From the NCBI GenBank assembly GCA_051530055.1, contig CM121341.1, forward strand, positions 3,567,738-3,631,737: 64,000 nucleotides of DNA, written 5' to 3'. The position numbers were made by a program, and so were the translations under genes. This document shows positions 1 to 12,725 of the stretch, one piece after another (within the stretch, counting starts at the first letter, position 1; each line of letters opens with the position of its first letter). Below the pieces are notes generated by a model, which did not search any database, was not told where the DNA came from, and saw nothing but the letters and a program-made list of their open reading frames with translations. This DNA comes from Neoechinorhynchus agilis (Eukaryota; Animalia; Acanthocephala).

Positions 1-187
1 TCTATCAAAATGTTTACAGTAGAAAAATGAAAAGAATTTAAAAGGTTGTTTTAAGGTTTATTTAGAAGACGAAAAAAACACATTGGTTGATTCATATTTT
101 TTTCAAATGATTCAAAAATGCTCAAATTTTGGCACATGAAAGAACATCGATTGTGCCGGTTCTTTTTGTATTCGCTTTTTCTACAAC

Positions 188-1157
188 ATGATATCCAAGA
201 TCAAGTTTCCGATTTTAAGTGTCAAACGATTGACCATTCGTTGGATTGGTGGACGAACTGAAATCAGTAAAGCCGATTACCACTTGAAGGAAGCATTTAA
301 AGCCGCTAAAAAACTCGAGGGAGCTGTAGATAAGCGACAATTCTTAAAATCGCTATCCTTAGGATTGGAATTAGACGATTTATCTACAATGAATGAACTA
401 ATGAAAGACAAAGAAACCAATATACGTGGAAATCAAGTTGGTTTAATAGAAAAGTTTATGCATTAATTTTTCTGTTTTATAGTTAGCCAATCAAAAGGTT
501 ACTTTTAGGTTAATTTGCATAGGTGAGCTTTTTTTTAATGTTTTAGCAAGTCGTCTAATCTATTCGGATGTGAAGTGTTTCTTTATACCGGATTACCATA
601 CATTGGATTCGGATTTGCCGATAACTTTCTTATGATCATTTTTGTAATTTTCTCGTGATATAAAAATCCGTTATCTTGAACTAAAAAACAGGGTGATATG
701 ATTGAACAGTCTTTTAAAGCAACATTCGCCACTATAACCCCTTTGGCAGGTTTGAGTTAAATTTAACAAAAAAACTTATCTAGATTTTTATTATAGCCGC
801 GGCATTGGGCAATACGGTATCGGATGGTGCTGGAGTAACGTAAGTCCATTTTTTTCTTAAAAAATTTAAATTGTACGTTTATAGGATTGCTCACCGAGTA
901 GAAGAACTATCATGGAGGTTCCTGAGTTCTTTAGGAATCGTCAATAGCAACATTCTTATCGAATCAACAAATCGGCTCATTAGCGCTACCAAATTTGCAG
1001 TAATTTGATTGATTGAACCCTTTTCGTCTCTAAAGAAACCGTTTGTTTCTAGTCAAAACTCATTTGTGTTACAATTGGATGCTTAATAGGAATGGTCCCG
1101 CTTCTTTGGATAACAGAAAGCAAAGATGCAAGCCATAGCGAAAGTGACCGTGAATAA
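188..1157 (+). CDS. TMEM65: Transmembrane protein 65, multi-exon with short GT-AG introns
   Basis: Manual splicing of roughly 45-55 nt GT-AG introns gives VFLYTGLPYIGFGFADNFLMIIFG, AAALGNTVSDGAG and ICVTIGCLIGMVPLL, matching TMEM65 motifs (IPFIGFGFLDN, AAALGNLVSD, GVTIGCILGMFPL). Stop TAA at 1155-1157. Confidence 0.85.
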
Positions 1158-1262
1158 TCAAACTTTACTCAATAGAATGTGTGAATTTTGACCAATGGTA
1201 CTAAAAGAGAAAATCTTTTGAAACCCACGTAGAAAAATCATAATTTCAAAGAATTTTAATTA

Positions 1263-1460
1263 GTTGTTTAGGAGATCGCTCGTCATCTATACACTCGGGA
1301 GAGATCGCGTTAAAGAGACGTTATCAATTTAAAACAATTTCATAGGAATTTATCAGGCGAAGACCAAACTTGATTCAATGAGTCGAAATGTACATTCGTC
1401 TATTTAACGCGATATCTCTCGCTCGGGTGTATAGTTTACGAGCGACCTCCTAAAAAACAA
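1263..1460. mobile_element. Degenerate foldback (MITE-like) element
   Basis: 1263-1320 is an imperfect reverse complement of about 1397-1460. Confidence 0.55.
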
Positions 1461-2240
1461 TTTAATTGTAAAAGGCGATCAATAAAATTCGATTAGAGCT
1501 TCTTTTCTCAGGGAATCATCCTCAAAAGTCCGCGTTTTAAAAGAATCAATGAAAAATGTTTTTAAAACTTAGAGAGGAAAATGATTTATAGTTGTTTGGT
1601 GATTGATAAAATGACTCTTCTCGGCTGTACAGTTGACGAGCGACCTCCTAAACAACAATTTAATTGTAAAAGGCGATCAATAAAATTCGATTAGACCTTC
1701 TTTTCTCAGGGAATCATCCTCAAAAGTCCGCGTTTTAAAAGAATCAATGAAAAACCCTTTTGGAACTTAGAGAAAAATGATTTATACTTGTTTGGGAATT
1801 GATAAAATGACTCTTCTCGGGTGTACAGTTGACGAGCGACCTCCTAAACAACAATTTAATTGTAAAAGGCGATCAATAAAATTCGATTAGAGCTTCTTTT
1901 CTCAGGGAATCATCCTCAAAAGTCCGCGTTTTAAAAGAATCAATGAAAAATGTTTTTAAAACTTAGAGAAAAATGATTTATACTTGTTTGGGGATTGATA
2001 AAATGACTATTCTCGGCTTTACAGTTGACGAGCGACCTCCTAAACAACAATTTAATTGTAAAAGGCGATCAATAAAATTCGATTAGACCTTCTTTTCTCA
2101 GGGAATCATCCTCAAAAGTCCGCGTTTTAAAAGAATCAATGAAAAACCCTTTTGGAACTTAGAGAAAAATGATTTATACTTGTTTGGGAATTGATAAAAT
2201 GACTCTTCTCGGGTGTACAGTTGACGAGCGACCTCTTAAA
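1440..2240. repeat. Tandem repeat, unit about 196 bp, about 4 copies
   Basis: GAGCGACCTC recurs at 1440, 1638, 1834, 2030 and 2226. Confidence 0.95.
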
Positions 2241-2328
2241 CAACAATATCTTTAACTCTTTAACCCGAATGTAATGCTCAATAATAAAAAATTTGATTAG
2301 TTTTACAGTCAAAACAGATCGTAGAAAC

Positions 2329-3514
2329 TCACTTTTCATTGAATGCCATCTCCATGTCTTGAGCATTCCGCAATAAATTCCGTGTACCGATCGGATTCGG
2401 ATATTTCTGAAGAAGAGTAAGGACTGATCCGAAATCATTTATCATTATTCGATCTCTTACTGAGACAACCATCGCCGTTGCAATGAATGGAACTATGTCT
2501 CGTGGATGTTCATGAGAAAAAATGACATCCCAGATAAGTAACAATTCTTCAAGAGGAAACTCGTGGGCGAATAGAAGTGTCAGCCAACGAAATGCGAAAT
2601 ATTCTGTTTCCACTTTAATGTGTTTAAGTCTATAATAAATCGGAGAACACAGGAACTTAATAATGCCATCCAATTGTGCTACTTGTCGATCGATTGGAGT
2701 TCCGCGATTCTTAGGGATTCCACTGAGTGTTTTCTCGTCGGTTTGATTGATAACATTGGGACTCGGCCTCACAAAGTTATCTTTGACCATTGACATCAAA
2801 TTTAAGAAACAAAAGAAGACATCCACTTCAAGTTGATCCTTGTCCATCTGAGAATCTTTAGCGAAAGTGTAATATATTGGTGCCACGAGCTCATTCATCC
2901 CCTGTGAGTACGAATGAGATCGATCTAATCGATAAAAAACAAATAAAATCCGTTCAACTACTTCCCAATGCATCTCATGGTTGGAAGAGAATTTCTCAAT
3001 GTTCGAGTTCACATTTGTCGTCTTCTTATTCAAACCTGAAATTGTATTTGTAACACTTTCTACATTCACTTCTGCCTTTCTTATTCGCGAAAGTACAGGA
3101 TCTCATTAGGTTTAGACTATAAGATCCCACACTAATTTAACGAATTTTGATTGAATGATTTTTGAACAGAGTCGGAATGGGTGTGAAGGTACGGAAAAAG
3201 CCCATTTCTGGATGCAAGCGTCTGCAATCCTTGCTGATTTGATTTAAAACTTCATTGTCCTCGAAATAAGAAGTCCAGTCGCTGGTCTCACTTAAGGAAA
3301 GAGGGTGGTCGTTTTTATCAGAGTTTTGGTTCTCAATAGCGTTATCAAGAATTCTCAAATATTCTTGCTTTTTCGATTCAAGAATTTGTGGCCATTGATC
3401 AGGACAGTTAGCAGGAAGGTATTTTAAAAACAATTTCCATTTTAGCGGTCTAGATTCTTTATCCATTAGACCACTGGTTGCAATGCATCGCCGTCTGTCG
3501 TCCGTCAAACTCAT
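2329..3514 (-). CDS. TBC1D13: TBC-domain Rab GAP, TBC1D13-like, two exons
   Basis: Motifs RPLKWKLFLKYLP, DHPLS, QISKDCRRLHP, HWEVVERILF, YSQGMNE and YFAFRWLTLLF. ATG at 3514. The two ORFs are joined by removing a 3n+1 hairpin insert near 3083-3146. Confidence 0.9.
3083..3146 (-). other. Putative non-canonical hairpin intron in TBC1D13 (64 nt, AA..AT reading)
   Basis: Contains the in-frame stop and the frameshift. 15-bp stem AGTGTGGGATCTTAT/ATGAGATCCTGTACT plus terminal ATTCG/CGAAT. Junction uncertain. Confidence 0.55.
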
Positions 3515-3640
3515 AGTTCGGGTCTCGGCAAAAAATTGTGATCTTAAAACAATTTGCAAAACTTTTAGAACAAAATACTCATTAATATTAATGATATAGT
3601 TTTGCTTGCCATTTAATAAACGAATTTCGATAAAAAAAAT

Positions 3641-5750
3641 CCATCCAAGTTATCGCAAAAATTTATATTTATGATTCAACGCAAGTAGAAGCTGTTAAAA
3701 TTATCAATTATTTTTATTTAAATGAATTCGATAAATAGTCGACTATCGCAAAAATTTATATTTAATATTCAACGCAAGTAGAAGCTGTTAAAATTATCAA
3801 TTATTTTTATTTAAATGAATTCGATAAATAGTCGACCGTTCCATAAATGCATTTTTCGCTAGTTATTTCCTAAACAAATCTCGGTAAAAATGTATCCAAG
3901 TTATCGCAAAAATTTATATTTATGATTCAACGCAAGTAGAAGATGTTAAAATTATCAATTAATTTTATTTAAATGAATTCGATAAATAGTCGACTATCGC
4001 AAAAATTTATATTTAATATTTAACGCAAGTAGAAGTGTTAAAATTATCAATTATTTTTATTTAAATGAATTCGATAAATAGTCGACCGTTCCATAAATGC
4101 ATTTCGCTAGTTATTTCCTAAACAAATCTCGGTAAAAATGTATCCAAGTTATCGCAAAAATTTATATTTGATTCAACGCAAGTAGAAGATGTTAAAATTA
4201 TCAATTATTTTTATTTAAATGAATTCGATAAATAGTCGACCGTTCCATAAATGCATTTTTCGCTAGTTATTTCCTAAACAAATCTCGGTAAAAATGTATC
4301 CAAGTTATCGCAAAAATTTATATTTATGATTCAACGCAAGTAGAAGCTGTTAAAATTATCAATTATTTTTATTTAAATGAATTCGATAAATAGTCGACCG
4401 TTCCATAAATGCATTTTCGCTAGTTATTTCCTAAACAAATCTCGGTAAAAATGTATCCAAGTTATCGCAAAAATTTATATTTATGATTCAACGCAAGTAG
4501 AAGATGTTAAAATTATCAATTATTTTTATTTAAATGAATTCGATAAATAGTCGACCGTTCCATAAATGCATTTTCGCTAGTTATTTCCTAAACAAATCTC
4601 GGTAAAAATGTATCCAAGTTATCGCAAAAATTTATATTTATGATTCAACGCAAGTAGAAGATGTTAAAATTATCAATTATTTTTATTTAAATGAATTCGA
4701 TAAATAGTCGACCGTTCCATAAATGCATTTTTCGCTAGTTATTTCCTAAACAAATCTCGGTAAAAATGTATCCAAGTTATCGCAAAAATTTATATTTATG
4801 ATTCAACGCAAGTAGAAGCTGTTAAAATTATCAATTATTTTTATTTAAATGAATTCGATAAATAGTCGACCGTTCCATAAATGCATTTTTCGCTAGTTAT
4901 TTCCTAAACAAATCTCGGTAAAAATGTATCCAAGTTATCGCAAAAATTTATATTTATGATTCAACGCAAGTAGAAGATGTTAAAATTATCAATTAATTTT
5001 ATTTAAATGAATTCGATAAATAGTCGACTATCGCAAAAATTTATATTTAATATTTAACGCAAGTAGAAGCTGTTAAAATTATCAATTATTTTTATTTAAA
5101 TGAATTCGATAAATAGTCGACCGTTCCATAAATGCATTTTCGCTAGTTATTTCCTAAACAAATCTCGGTAAAAATGTATCCAAGTTATCGCAAAAATTTA
5201 TATTTAATATTCAACGCAAGTAGAAGATGTTAAAATTATCAATTAATTTTATTTAAATGAATTCGATAAATAGTCGACCGTTCCATAAATGCATTTTTCG
5301 CTAGTTATTTCCTAAACAAATCTCGGTAAAAATGTATCCAAGTTATCGCAAAAATTTATATTTATGATTCAACGCAAGTAGAAGCTGTTAAAATTATCAA
5401 TTATTTTTATTTAAATGAATTCGATAAATAGTCGACCGTTCCATAAATGCATTTTCGCTAGTTATTTCCTAAACAAATCTCGGTAAAAATGTATCCAAGT
5501 TATCGCAAAAATTTATATTTATGATTCAACGCAAGTAGAAGATGTTAAAATTATCAATTAATTTTATTTAAATGAATTCGATAAATAGTCGACCGTTCCA
5601 TAAATGCATTTTTCGCTAGTTATTTCCTAAACAAATCTCGGTAAAAATGTATCCAAGTTATCGCAAAAATTTATATTTAATATTCAACGCAAGTAGAGGA
5701 TGTTAAAATTATCAATTATTTTTATTTAAATGAATTCGATAAATAGTCGA
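3641..5750. repeat. AT-rich tandem repeat, unit about 157 bp with shorter variant units, about 13-14 copies
   Basis: TATCCAAGTTATCGC recurs at 4141, 4297, 4454, 4611 and onward. Confidence 0.95.
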
Positions 5751-6456
5751 TATGAAGGAAGAGCGACTCCATCATAAATATTTGGCTAATTAGAACTGGT
5801 TTTGGTGTTGAAGGAAGTTCTTTTTATATTAAATTCTTTCTTTCTATAGTTCGTATTTAGAAACAAAGGCAAGGAAGGAAAATGAGTCATATTTCTACGT
5901 TTCTATACGATTTCGACCGTGGATTTGTGTTTCATCCAAATTTTATGAAATTTCGCTTATTTGGAATGGACGAGGATCGACGAAATCAGCTGGCTTTATT
6001 GAACTTTTTCACCAATTAAAAATGGCTTTAACGAATTTGCTTTATTGGCAATTCCTTGAATAAAAAAAAGGTACCATCACAAAAGAGTTTTCTATAAAAT
6101 TTTGATATATTGTCAAGTGAGGATTTTCAAATTTTTATAGAAATAAAAAACGTATTTTTTTCGATTCGGAAGCACGATCTTAATATTTTTAAAGCCAAAA
6201 TTTATTTTTAAATTAAACATTTGTTTGCACTCGAACATCACAAGTTCGGATCTAAGGTTTTTCTTATAATTTTTATTTATTTCCAAAATCATTGTCTCAA
6301 ACGAACCGTTTCCTTAAATTTTACACTTGTGTACCATTAATGTCCCCGTCGTCGATTGAAGGAATTTCTACAATATGTTTTTTTTCGATAGCTTCATTCG
6401 TGCTTACAGATAATTCTATCATTTTTCTTTTAAATATATTTACATTTTAAGAACTG

Positions 6457-7020
6457 TAAAGAAATTATTATTATAGTTTCAGTTTCAATTAGCGATGTTT
6501 GATAATATTTAAAAACTTGCAATCAATTAACTGAAGAAGGCCAACGAAAATGCCGAAAATTTTCAATATAAATCTATTTCTGAATCAAACATCGCTAATT
6601 AAAACTGAAATTTTAAGAACCATCGCCATATAAAAAAATTCGGACTTATTACACTTTAATTCATTAATTTCACCTGAAAATAATCCATTTAAATTTGTAT
6701 GAATGTTGGTAAGATTTGGTCGAGGCTAAAAATTTATTGTAAAGAAATTATTATTATAGTTTCAGTTTCAATTAGCGATGTTTGATAATATTTAAAAACT
6801 TGCAATCAATTGACTGAAGAAGGCCAACGAAAAGGCCGAAAATTTTCAATATAAATCTATTTCTGAATCAAACATCGCTAATTAAAGCTGAAATTTTAAG
6901 AACTATCGCCATATAAAAAAATTCGGACTTATTACACTTTAATTCATTAATTTCACCTGAAAATAATCCAGTTAAATTTGTATGAATGTTGGTAAGATTT
7001 GGTCGAGACTAAAAATTTAT
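6457..7020. repeat. Direct duplication of about 280 bp containing an internally deleted copy of the 43.1 kb MITE
   Basis: 6457-6730 matches 6739-7015. Each copy contains TCAGTTTCAATTAGCGATGTTTGAT and one full arm of the element at 43116-43370. Confidence 0.8.
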
Positions 7021-7258
7021 TTGCTTTTAAAATCTGCATTATTCGCATTTAGACTTCATCCTTAAACTGCGTAAATTTACCTGAGACTAGAATACCGCCT
7101 CCACAGACGCTTACTAATCTCTTTATGCTAAAAAGTTATATAACATTCTTCGATTTTTACGGTTAGTAAAAGCAGTTCAAGCTCAACTTTTTGAACAAAA
7201 TGCTTAGTAACACGTTAATTTTACAGTTTATACCAATGGATAACTTAATAAGCATTTA

Positions 7259-8068
7259 GGTCCGGTGGCCGTGTACTACTTCCTATATCATTAGCCCTAT
7301 GCGGATGTTTGGCCATTTCACTATTTGCTACGATTGTTGGAGTCGGTGTTGGATTCGGACTCCGAAATTCCCAAAATTCAACAGATAATAATGTAATCCC
7401 TCCCGGATTTTATGGTTGGAATTTTCAGCAAAATCTGACATTTTCTAAACATTTTACTATCCACGAAGAATCCAACGGAGTTGCCGTTTTGATTGGTAGA
7501 TTTCTTGCAGGCGATACAAAATTAGATGTTCCTCTTCCGATCGATGCAATAGAACTTCAAAATACTGTTAGTTCATTAATAAATTCGACAATCGAATTGC
7601 TTTTTAGGTCAATAGTAAGCTTAGAGTATTATTTCGACAGATACAAACATTGCCATATTTCATCAAAATAAGCAATTCATCTGGAGTTGTACTGAACAAC
7701 GTTGTAAATAATTTCATGAAGTATTTTTCCGTCAATGGTTCTTACTTTAAAATCAAAATTTAGCGTTACCGTTTATTTCGTTGCTTATTTCAAATATGAA
7801 TGTTTCAATGAAAACTGCGTCTCAATCCGCGAAACAAATATCAACTACCTGTTCAAAGGACTGACAATAAACTCTGGAGCGTTTTATACAGCCGTGGAAT
7901 CAGCAAATACCACTCTTGGACCTGGTAAGTTGTTCATTAGAGGATTTTGTTATCCTAACTATTTTGTTTGGAGAGATTAAATCTCTTCCTGGAACTTTCG
8001 AAAGTGTTACACAAGAGATAAATATGATACCACCGACAGTGCAACTGTTTCCTATGAGTAAGAAAACT
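7259..8068 (+). CDS. Hypothetical membrane-anchored protein, multi-exon, model incomplete
   Basis: Hydrophobic segment LLPISLALCGCLAISLFATIVGVGVGFGL followed by ORF blocks separated by GT-AG candidates. No homology recognised; frames not fully resolved. Confidence 0.4.
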
Positions 8069-8257
8069 TTATTTCTGTGAAGCAAAGTAGAAGAATGATA
8101 AAAAATTGAGCAGTTGCTGAATGGGAAGCGATCGTAATTAAATTAACCCGACCACTTGGGCGTTTGGAACCTGCACTCGAGACGAACCAAGTCCCACAAA
8201 TCATTCATGACGTAAGTTACCAATTTTTCCAAATACTTATTCATATATTTATTTTAG

Positions 8258-8464
8258 TTAAATACTGTTACCGAGAAAATACCGGTTGTAAATCAAACTG
8301 TTATATTCTTTGACGCTATTGGGACACCAATCATCACCTTTACTCCAACCCTTACAATCGCCCTCAAAACATTGCATTATCTTGGATGCATCAATTGCGA
8401 AGAAACTTTGAAGACCGCAGTCCGGCATAGGTTCTCGACTCAATTCAAATGAGACTTTAGGCAT
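8258..8464 (-). CDS. Hypothetical small protein (68 aa)
   Basis: ATG-initiated ORF with protein-like composition; no recognised family. Confidence 0.3.
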   Translation of the reverse strand: MPKVSFELSREPMPDCGLQSFFAIDASKIMQCFEGDCKGWSKGDDWCPNSVKEYNSLIYNRYFLGNSI

Positions 8465-9310
8465 TTTGCGTTGAAAATTTTAGTCAATCAATCTTGCACT
8501 AGTTATTCACGTTCCATTCAATGTGACTCATTAATTAATCGTCGATAGGAAATCCTTTGGATTGGTCAAAGTATAATTTTGGTGGACTTAGGCAGCTAAA
8601 TTATTGGAAATTTTAGAAGCACAGGAAAATCTAGGAATCATGGCGCCAATCGGGGTAACTTTTATCCTTAAATTTTGTGATCGAGATCCTCTGTCCTACT
8701 AATTGGATTAAATAATAAACGCGTATCGCAATTCACAGTGAACAGATTTAATGTTAGAGAAATGCAACAAGTTATGGACCTTAAGCTGAAGCTTTTGAGC
8801 GGTGAGTCTGATGCTTTGGGTAAGAAAATCTTCTTTTTTTGCTTCCAGCACAAACGATCAGTCTTGAAGAAGAGCAAGCTCTCCTGACGAAAAAAGCAAA
8901 ATTTGTGAGAACCTGTAAGTAGATAGGAGTAGAAATTAAAATTATTTACCCTTTGCAGCTATTCCATTAACCATTCCGATAAAATGTAAAACCGCCACAG
9001 GGAACGCAGCAGCCGATTGCCCTACAAGCGGAACAGATAATACAGCGATTCGGAGCAGTGTAAGACAATCCTGTGAACGTTATCGTCCCCTTTTCAAATC
9101 TTATCTTACTACAGATATTTGAACTTTTTCGAACTATGAATAAAATCGATACCCTACTAACGCCGTACTCAATCGGACCAATCGAATACATCGCCCCAAC
9201 ATCACCCGCGTATAAAAAAAGTGGTTGAACTTTGCAAACTATAAACTCTTGCCAATTTTAGACAAACCACGACGATCAAATCAATAATTTATTATAATTC
9301 AACTATTGAT

Positions 9311-9523
9311 ATGGCAGCTCCAAGGTCCGATTATCTTAAAAAAGTGCTGGGCAACAAAGACATTGTTGCTCTTCCTCTAATGGCGACAATCGTAAATTCA
9401 AATGGACTCTGGCTGCGAACTCCAGGTTTATGAGACAACTCAGAGATTAGTGCTTATTTCGAATGTTTAGCTCTTGGACTTTACGTCGCCGAAGCCGAAT
9501 GGAATGAATTAGTGCCGTTTTGA
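9311..9523 (+). CDS. Hypothetical 55-aa two-exon protein
   Basis: ATG at 9311. A 45-nt GT-AG intron (9426-9470) keeps the frame: MAAPRSDYLKKVLGNKDIVALPLMATIVNSNGLWLRTPALGLYVAEAEWNELVPF. Confidence 0.45.
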
Positions 9524-12041
9524 CACTTTATTGCCTGCTTTCTCGCTTAAGAAATCAAGATTTTTTTATTAGCTGTTTCGTGATAGAAAGTGGCATATCT
9601 CTAAAATTCGATAATCAATCCAGCATCTTAGCTTAGCGAATATTTTTGCAGAATAGCACGTTTTTATCGTTTGTAAAAACCCTATTAAACATCGTAAATT
9701 TTTCACTTGAGTTTTTGTTAGTAGGGAAAATCTATAAAAATTTGAGATTGCAAGAATCACTTTGCAAAAAGCCTAAACTCCATGTCTCATGACTACGATG
9801 GATTTCTGTGATAGATATTAAATATTCATATTGGCTATCACTTCTTTAAGGTTTAAATTTTGCTCTTGTGAAGGCAATTGTGAGGTTGTCCTGTCAGAAC
9901 TTTTAATCTTATTTAAATCTGGCTGTATCTCCTACATAATCGAGGATATTTTATACTTTACAAAAGTTTTAGAATGGAATCGCAACGGTTTTTGCATTGG
10001 TCCGTGAAGGTAAACTTTCTACGGCATGGATCTCTGTTTGAGAAAAGAGCAGCATTCAGAAAAAAGATGAATTTTTGAACTAGTTTCGAATCAAAAGTTT
10101 TTTCCACCGATTTAAAAAAATCATGACCCCGTTTGCCTAAGAATGATTTATCTGTATTCGACACCACTTGGACTTGGGCAATGCCACAGATTGTTTTGCA
10201 TAACCGAATGATACAGCCGGAGAGGTAGTACAAATTATTATATGTCAAAAGAGCGTTACACCACTATCAGGATATTATGATTCTCGAGTACAACTGATTT
10301 GTTGCAGAAATAAAAGGTTCGTAGATTGAATAATTTTTTATTTTCAAATAAAGACCGGGTTCCATTCAATATATTCTTGCAAGTATTTTCCGCATAGAAA
10401 TATGACCAAAATTCATCAGTGTTTTAATTGGGAGATGAGATTTTCTCCTTGGTATAGGACAAACAATAGTTATCTTATTTTTGTAGATACAGGAAATGCA
10501 ATATATGAATATTTAATATAAGATAACGATAATTAAAATACGTGTTCGTGCGGAATTCTTATAAAATTCAGTCAATTAACTTTGCTATTCTTCCAAAAAC
10601 ACTCCAAGTTCGAAGCAAATATTTTCCCTCACTTTGTGATTGTACTAAAAAGTCGACGTTTTTCCTTTTTGGATAATAAAAGTGAATACTGATGACTGTT
10701 GGGTATATGATGATATTTTCAAAAGGATGACTTTTAATATGGATTTATTTCTAAAATGAATATTTTCACGCGTATAAATTTAAGCATATCGACTTTATTG
10801 CGTGCATTAGAAAAGTTCTATTAAATATTCTTCAAGGAATCAGACTTTTTATACGAGAAGAATATGGTACTGTAAGTAAATAAAGATCCATCCTGCACGA
10901 TGGCCTCTTTATTTTTAATAGGATGATTCGAAAAAATTCTCTGTTTTCACTTCAATTTATTATTTTCGAAGAAGAGTATTTCAGAGACACTAAATAATTC
11001 AAGTCTGAAAGCATTGGAAATAGTTAAGCAGACGAGCTGAAAATACCGTTGAATATGGCCGTTTGTAGTGTAGAAGACTGTTTGGCACCTCATCGACTCG
11101 CCAACTCATTCATTTCGAGTGTTCGATTGTTTCTTTAACTGTCCATTTGTGATAATGCCATCTCTAAATTCGTCATCGATGCCGATATAAATATCGAAAC
11201 ATTGTTTGAGATAAGTCTTTTGGAAAATATCTGATTTGTTGACGTTTTTGTGTGAGACTAATTTAGTCCGAGAATCTCTTGCAGAATTCCCTTTATGATT
11301 TTCCAATGAAAGATTAATAGCTGTAGCTCTTTACCGTGTATACTTCGAGAAGGTTTCGTAAAATCGATCGATCACTACGTCCCTCGGACGTGATATTTTT
11401 CCGAATCAAAATTATAAACATACACCCATTTTATAGGTCAGTTTCGGTTTGTGTGTGTCCACTGAGAATGCCTCGGACACCTCTCGACAAAGATCTAATA
11501 AAAAGTCATATCTGCCACATGACAGATTCATCAGACAATCTTCTGTATTTTTTGTGTCTGAGATGGTTGTAAACATGAAGAAACCGAGGAAGGGATTATT
11601 AGTAAAACATACTTTCACAATCAACCTATCCTTTTTCCTCTATATCTTCTGGTCAGCATCAGAGTCAACATCGTCCTTTGCCCGAGGAATGCTTGTGTGT
11701 GTCAATAACCACCACCGCCACCACCAATTCACCGAGCGAACTAGACGAAAGTAGCCGTCAGCATTGTCACCTGCTCCTGTTTGCCTTTCTCGGACACTGT
11801 TATCCATCCGCCTATCTGCGCTTTCAAGGCCTTCTTACAATGCTTCCTTTGTTATGCAATCACATTCCCAGTCATAGAGATTAACGATCTTCTTGAAATT
11901 CACTCCATTTCTCGGTGCAAAACAATCCGAATGTCCTAAACGCCCATTCGCTGCTATAAACCCCTTTCTCCTCATTAGGTCTTCATATTCTCGAAGCAAC
12001 AAAGTCATCGCCGCAGCCACAGAAACTCTTCATTTTCGATA

Positions 12042-12725
12042 ATGAAATCTCATCATTGCGCCGGATATCAAGACCGATTCGGCGTATGGATCAACGGTTT
12101 CAGCTGCCCACCGTTTAAAGGCCGCCATCGCTTTTGTTGCGGAAACCCACATAATCGATATTGTTGCTTCGATCAACGCCAAAACCAAACTAATCCTAAC
12201 GAATCGTCTTTATACAAATCAATCGATCAAATCCTTATGAATCGATTCGGATCTCGGTACACTAATCTCACTATTTTGTATGCCACCGTGGCCCTTGTAT
12301 TAATAATCCTTGGATTCGTCCTTATCATGGTAGGAGCATTAATCCTCAGACGACAAAGGACTCGTAGACACCGATCAAAAGTGAATAGTCAAGAAGAAGA
12401 TGGCTCAAGTAAGTGCCACATTCTAGTAAGCGATGATGAGTCTCGGAAAACCGAAGAATTAAAGCGTCAGTCATGTACAACGGCATCCGATGCAATGACA
12501 ACATTGTCCTCTTCTTATCGACTACATAAAGCTCAAACAAATCCAACTGCTCCTCTTGTTCAACACATTTACACCGCAACGCAATCACCAAGGAATATTT
12601 ATCCCCATTCTCAAGCTCCGAAACCTCTTCTTCACTGTGAAAATGAACCATTTTTATTAAACACGGAATTTTCCAATCAATTGGAAAACAATCAAGATTA
12701 TTTTACAGGACGGTATCTAATTTGA
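12042..12725 (+). CDS. Shisa-family single-pass membrane protein
   Basis: Pattern C-GY-D-FG-W--GF-CP...CCG-P--RYCC, then a TM helix (ILYATVALVLIILGFVLIMVGALIL), a basic stop-transfer stretch and a low-complexity tail. Signal-peptide exon not located. Confidence 0.8.
   Translation: MKSHHCAGYQDRFGVWINGFSCPPFKGRHRFCCGNPHNRYCCFDQRQNQTNPNESSLYKSIDQILMNRFGSRYTNLTILYATVALVLIILGFVLIMVGALILRRQRTRRHRSKVNSQEEDGSSKCHILVSDDESRKTEELKRQSCTTASDAMTTLSSSYRLHKAQTNPTAPLVQHIYTATQSPRNIYPHSQAPKPLLHCENEPFLLNTEFSNQLENNQDYFTGRYLI

Noticed and set aside
3137-3139. Stop-codon reassignment or readthrough as the reason for broken ORFs
   Set aside because: The breaks involve frame changes, and normal TAA and TGA stops end the conserved genes at expected positions.
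8668-9200. Possible minus-strand mitochondrial membrane protein gene
   Set aside because: There are exon-like blocks and GT-AG candidates, but I could not build a consistent frame or recognise a family.
9560-11900. Short ORFs in the 9.6-11.9 kb region
   Set aside because: Fragmentary, multiple stops and no recognisable motifs; possibly decayed mobile DNA but unsupported.
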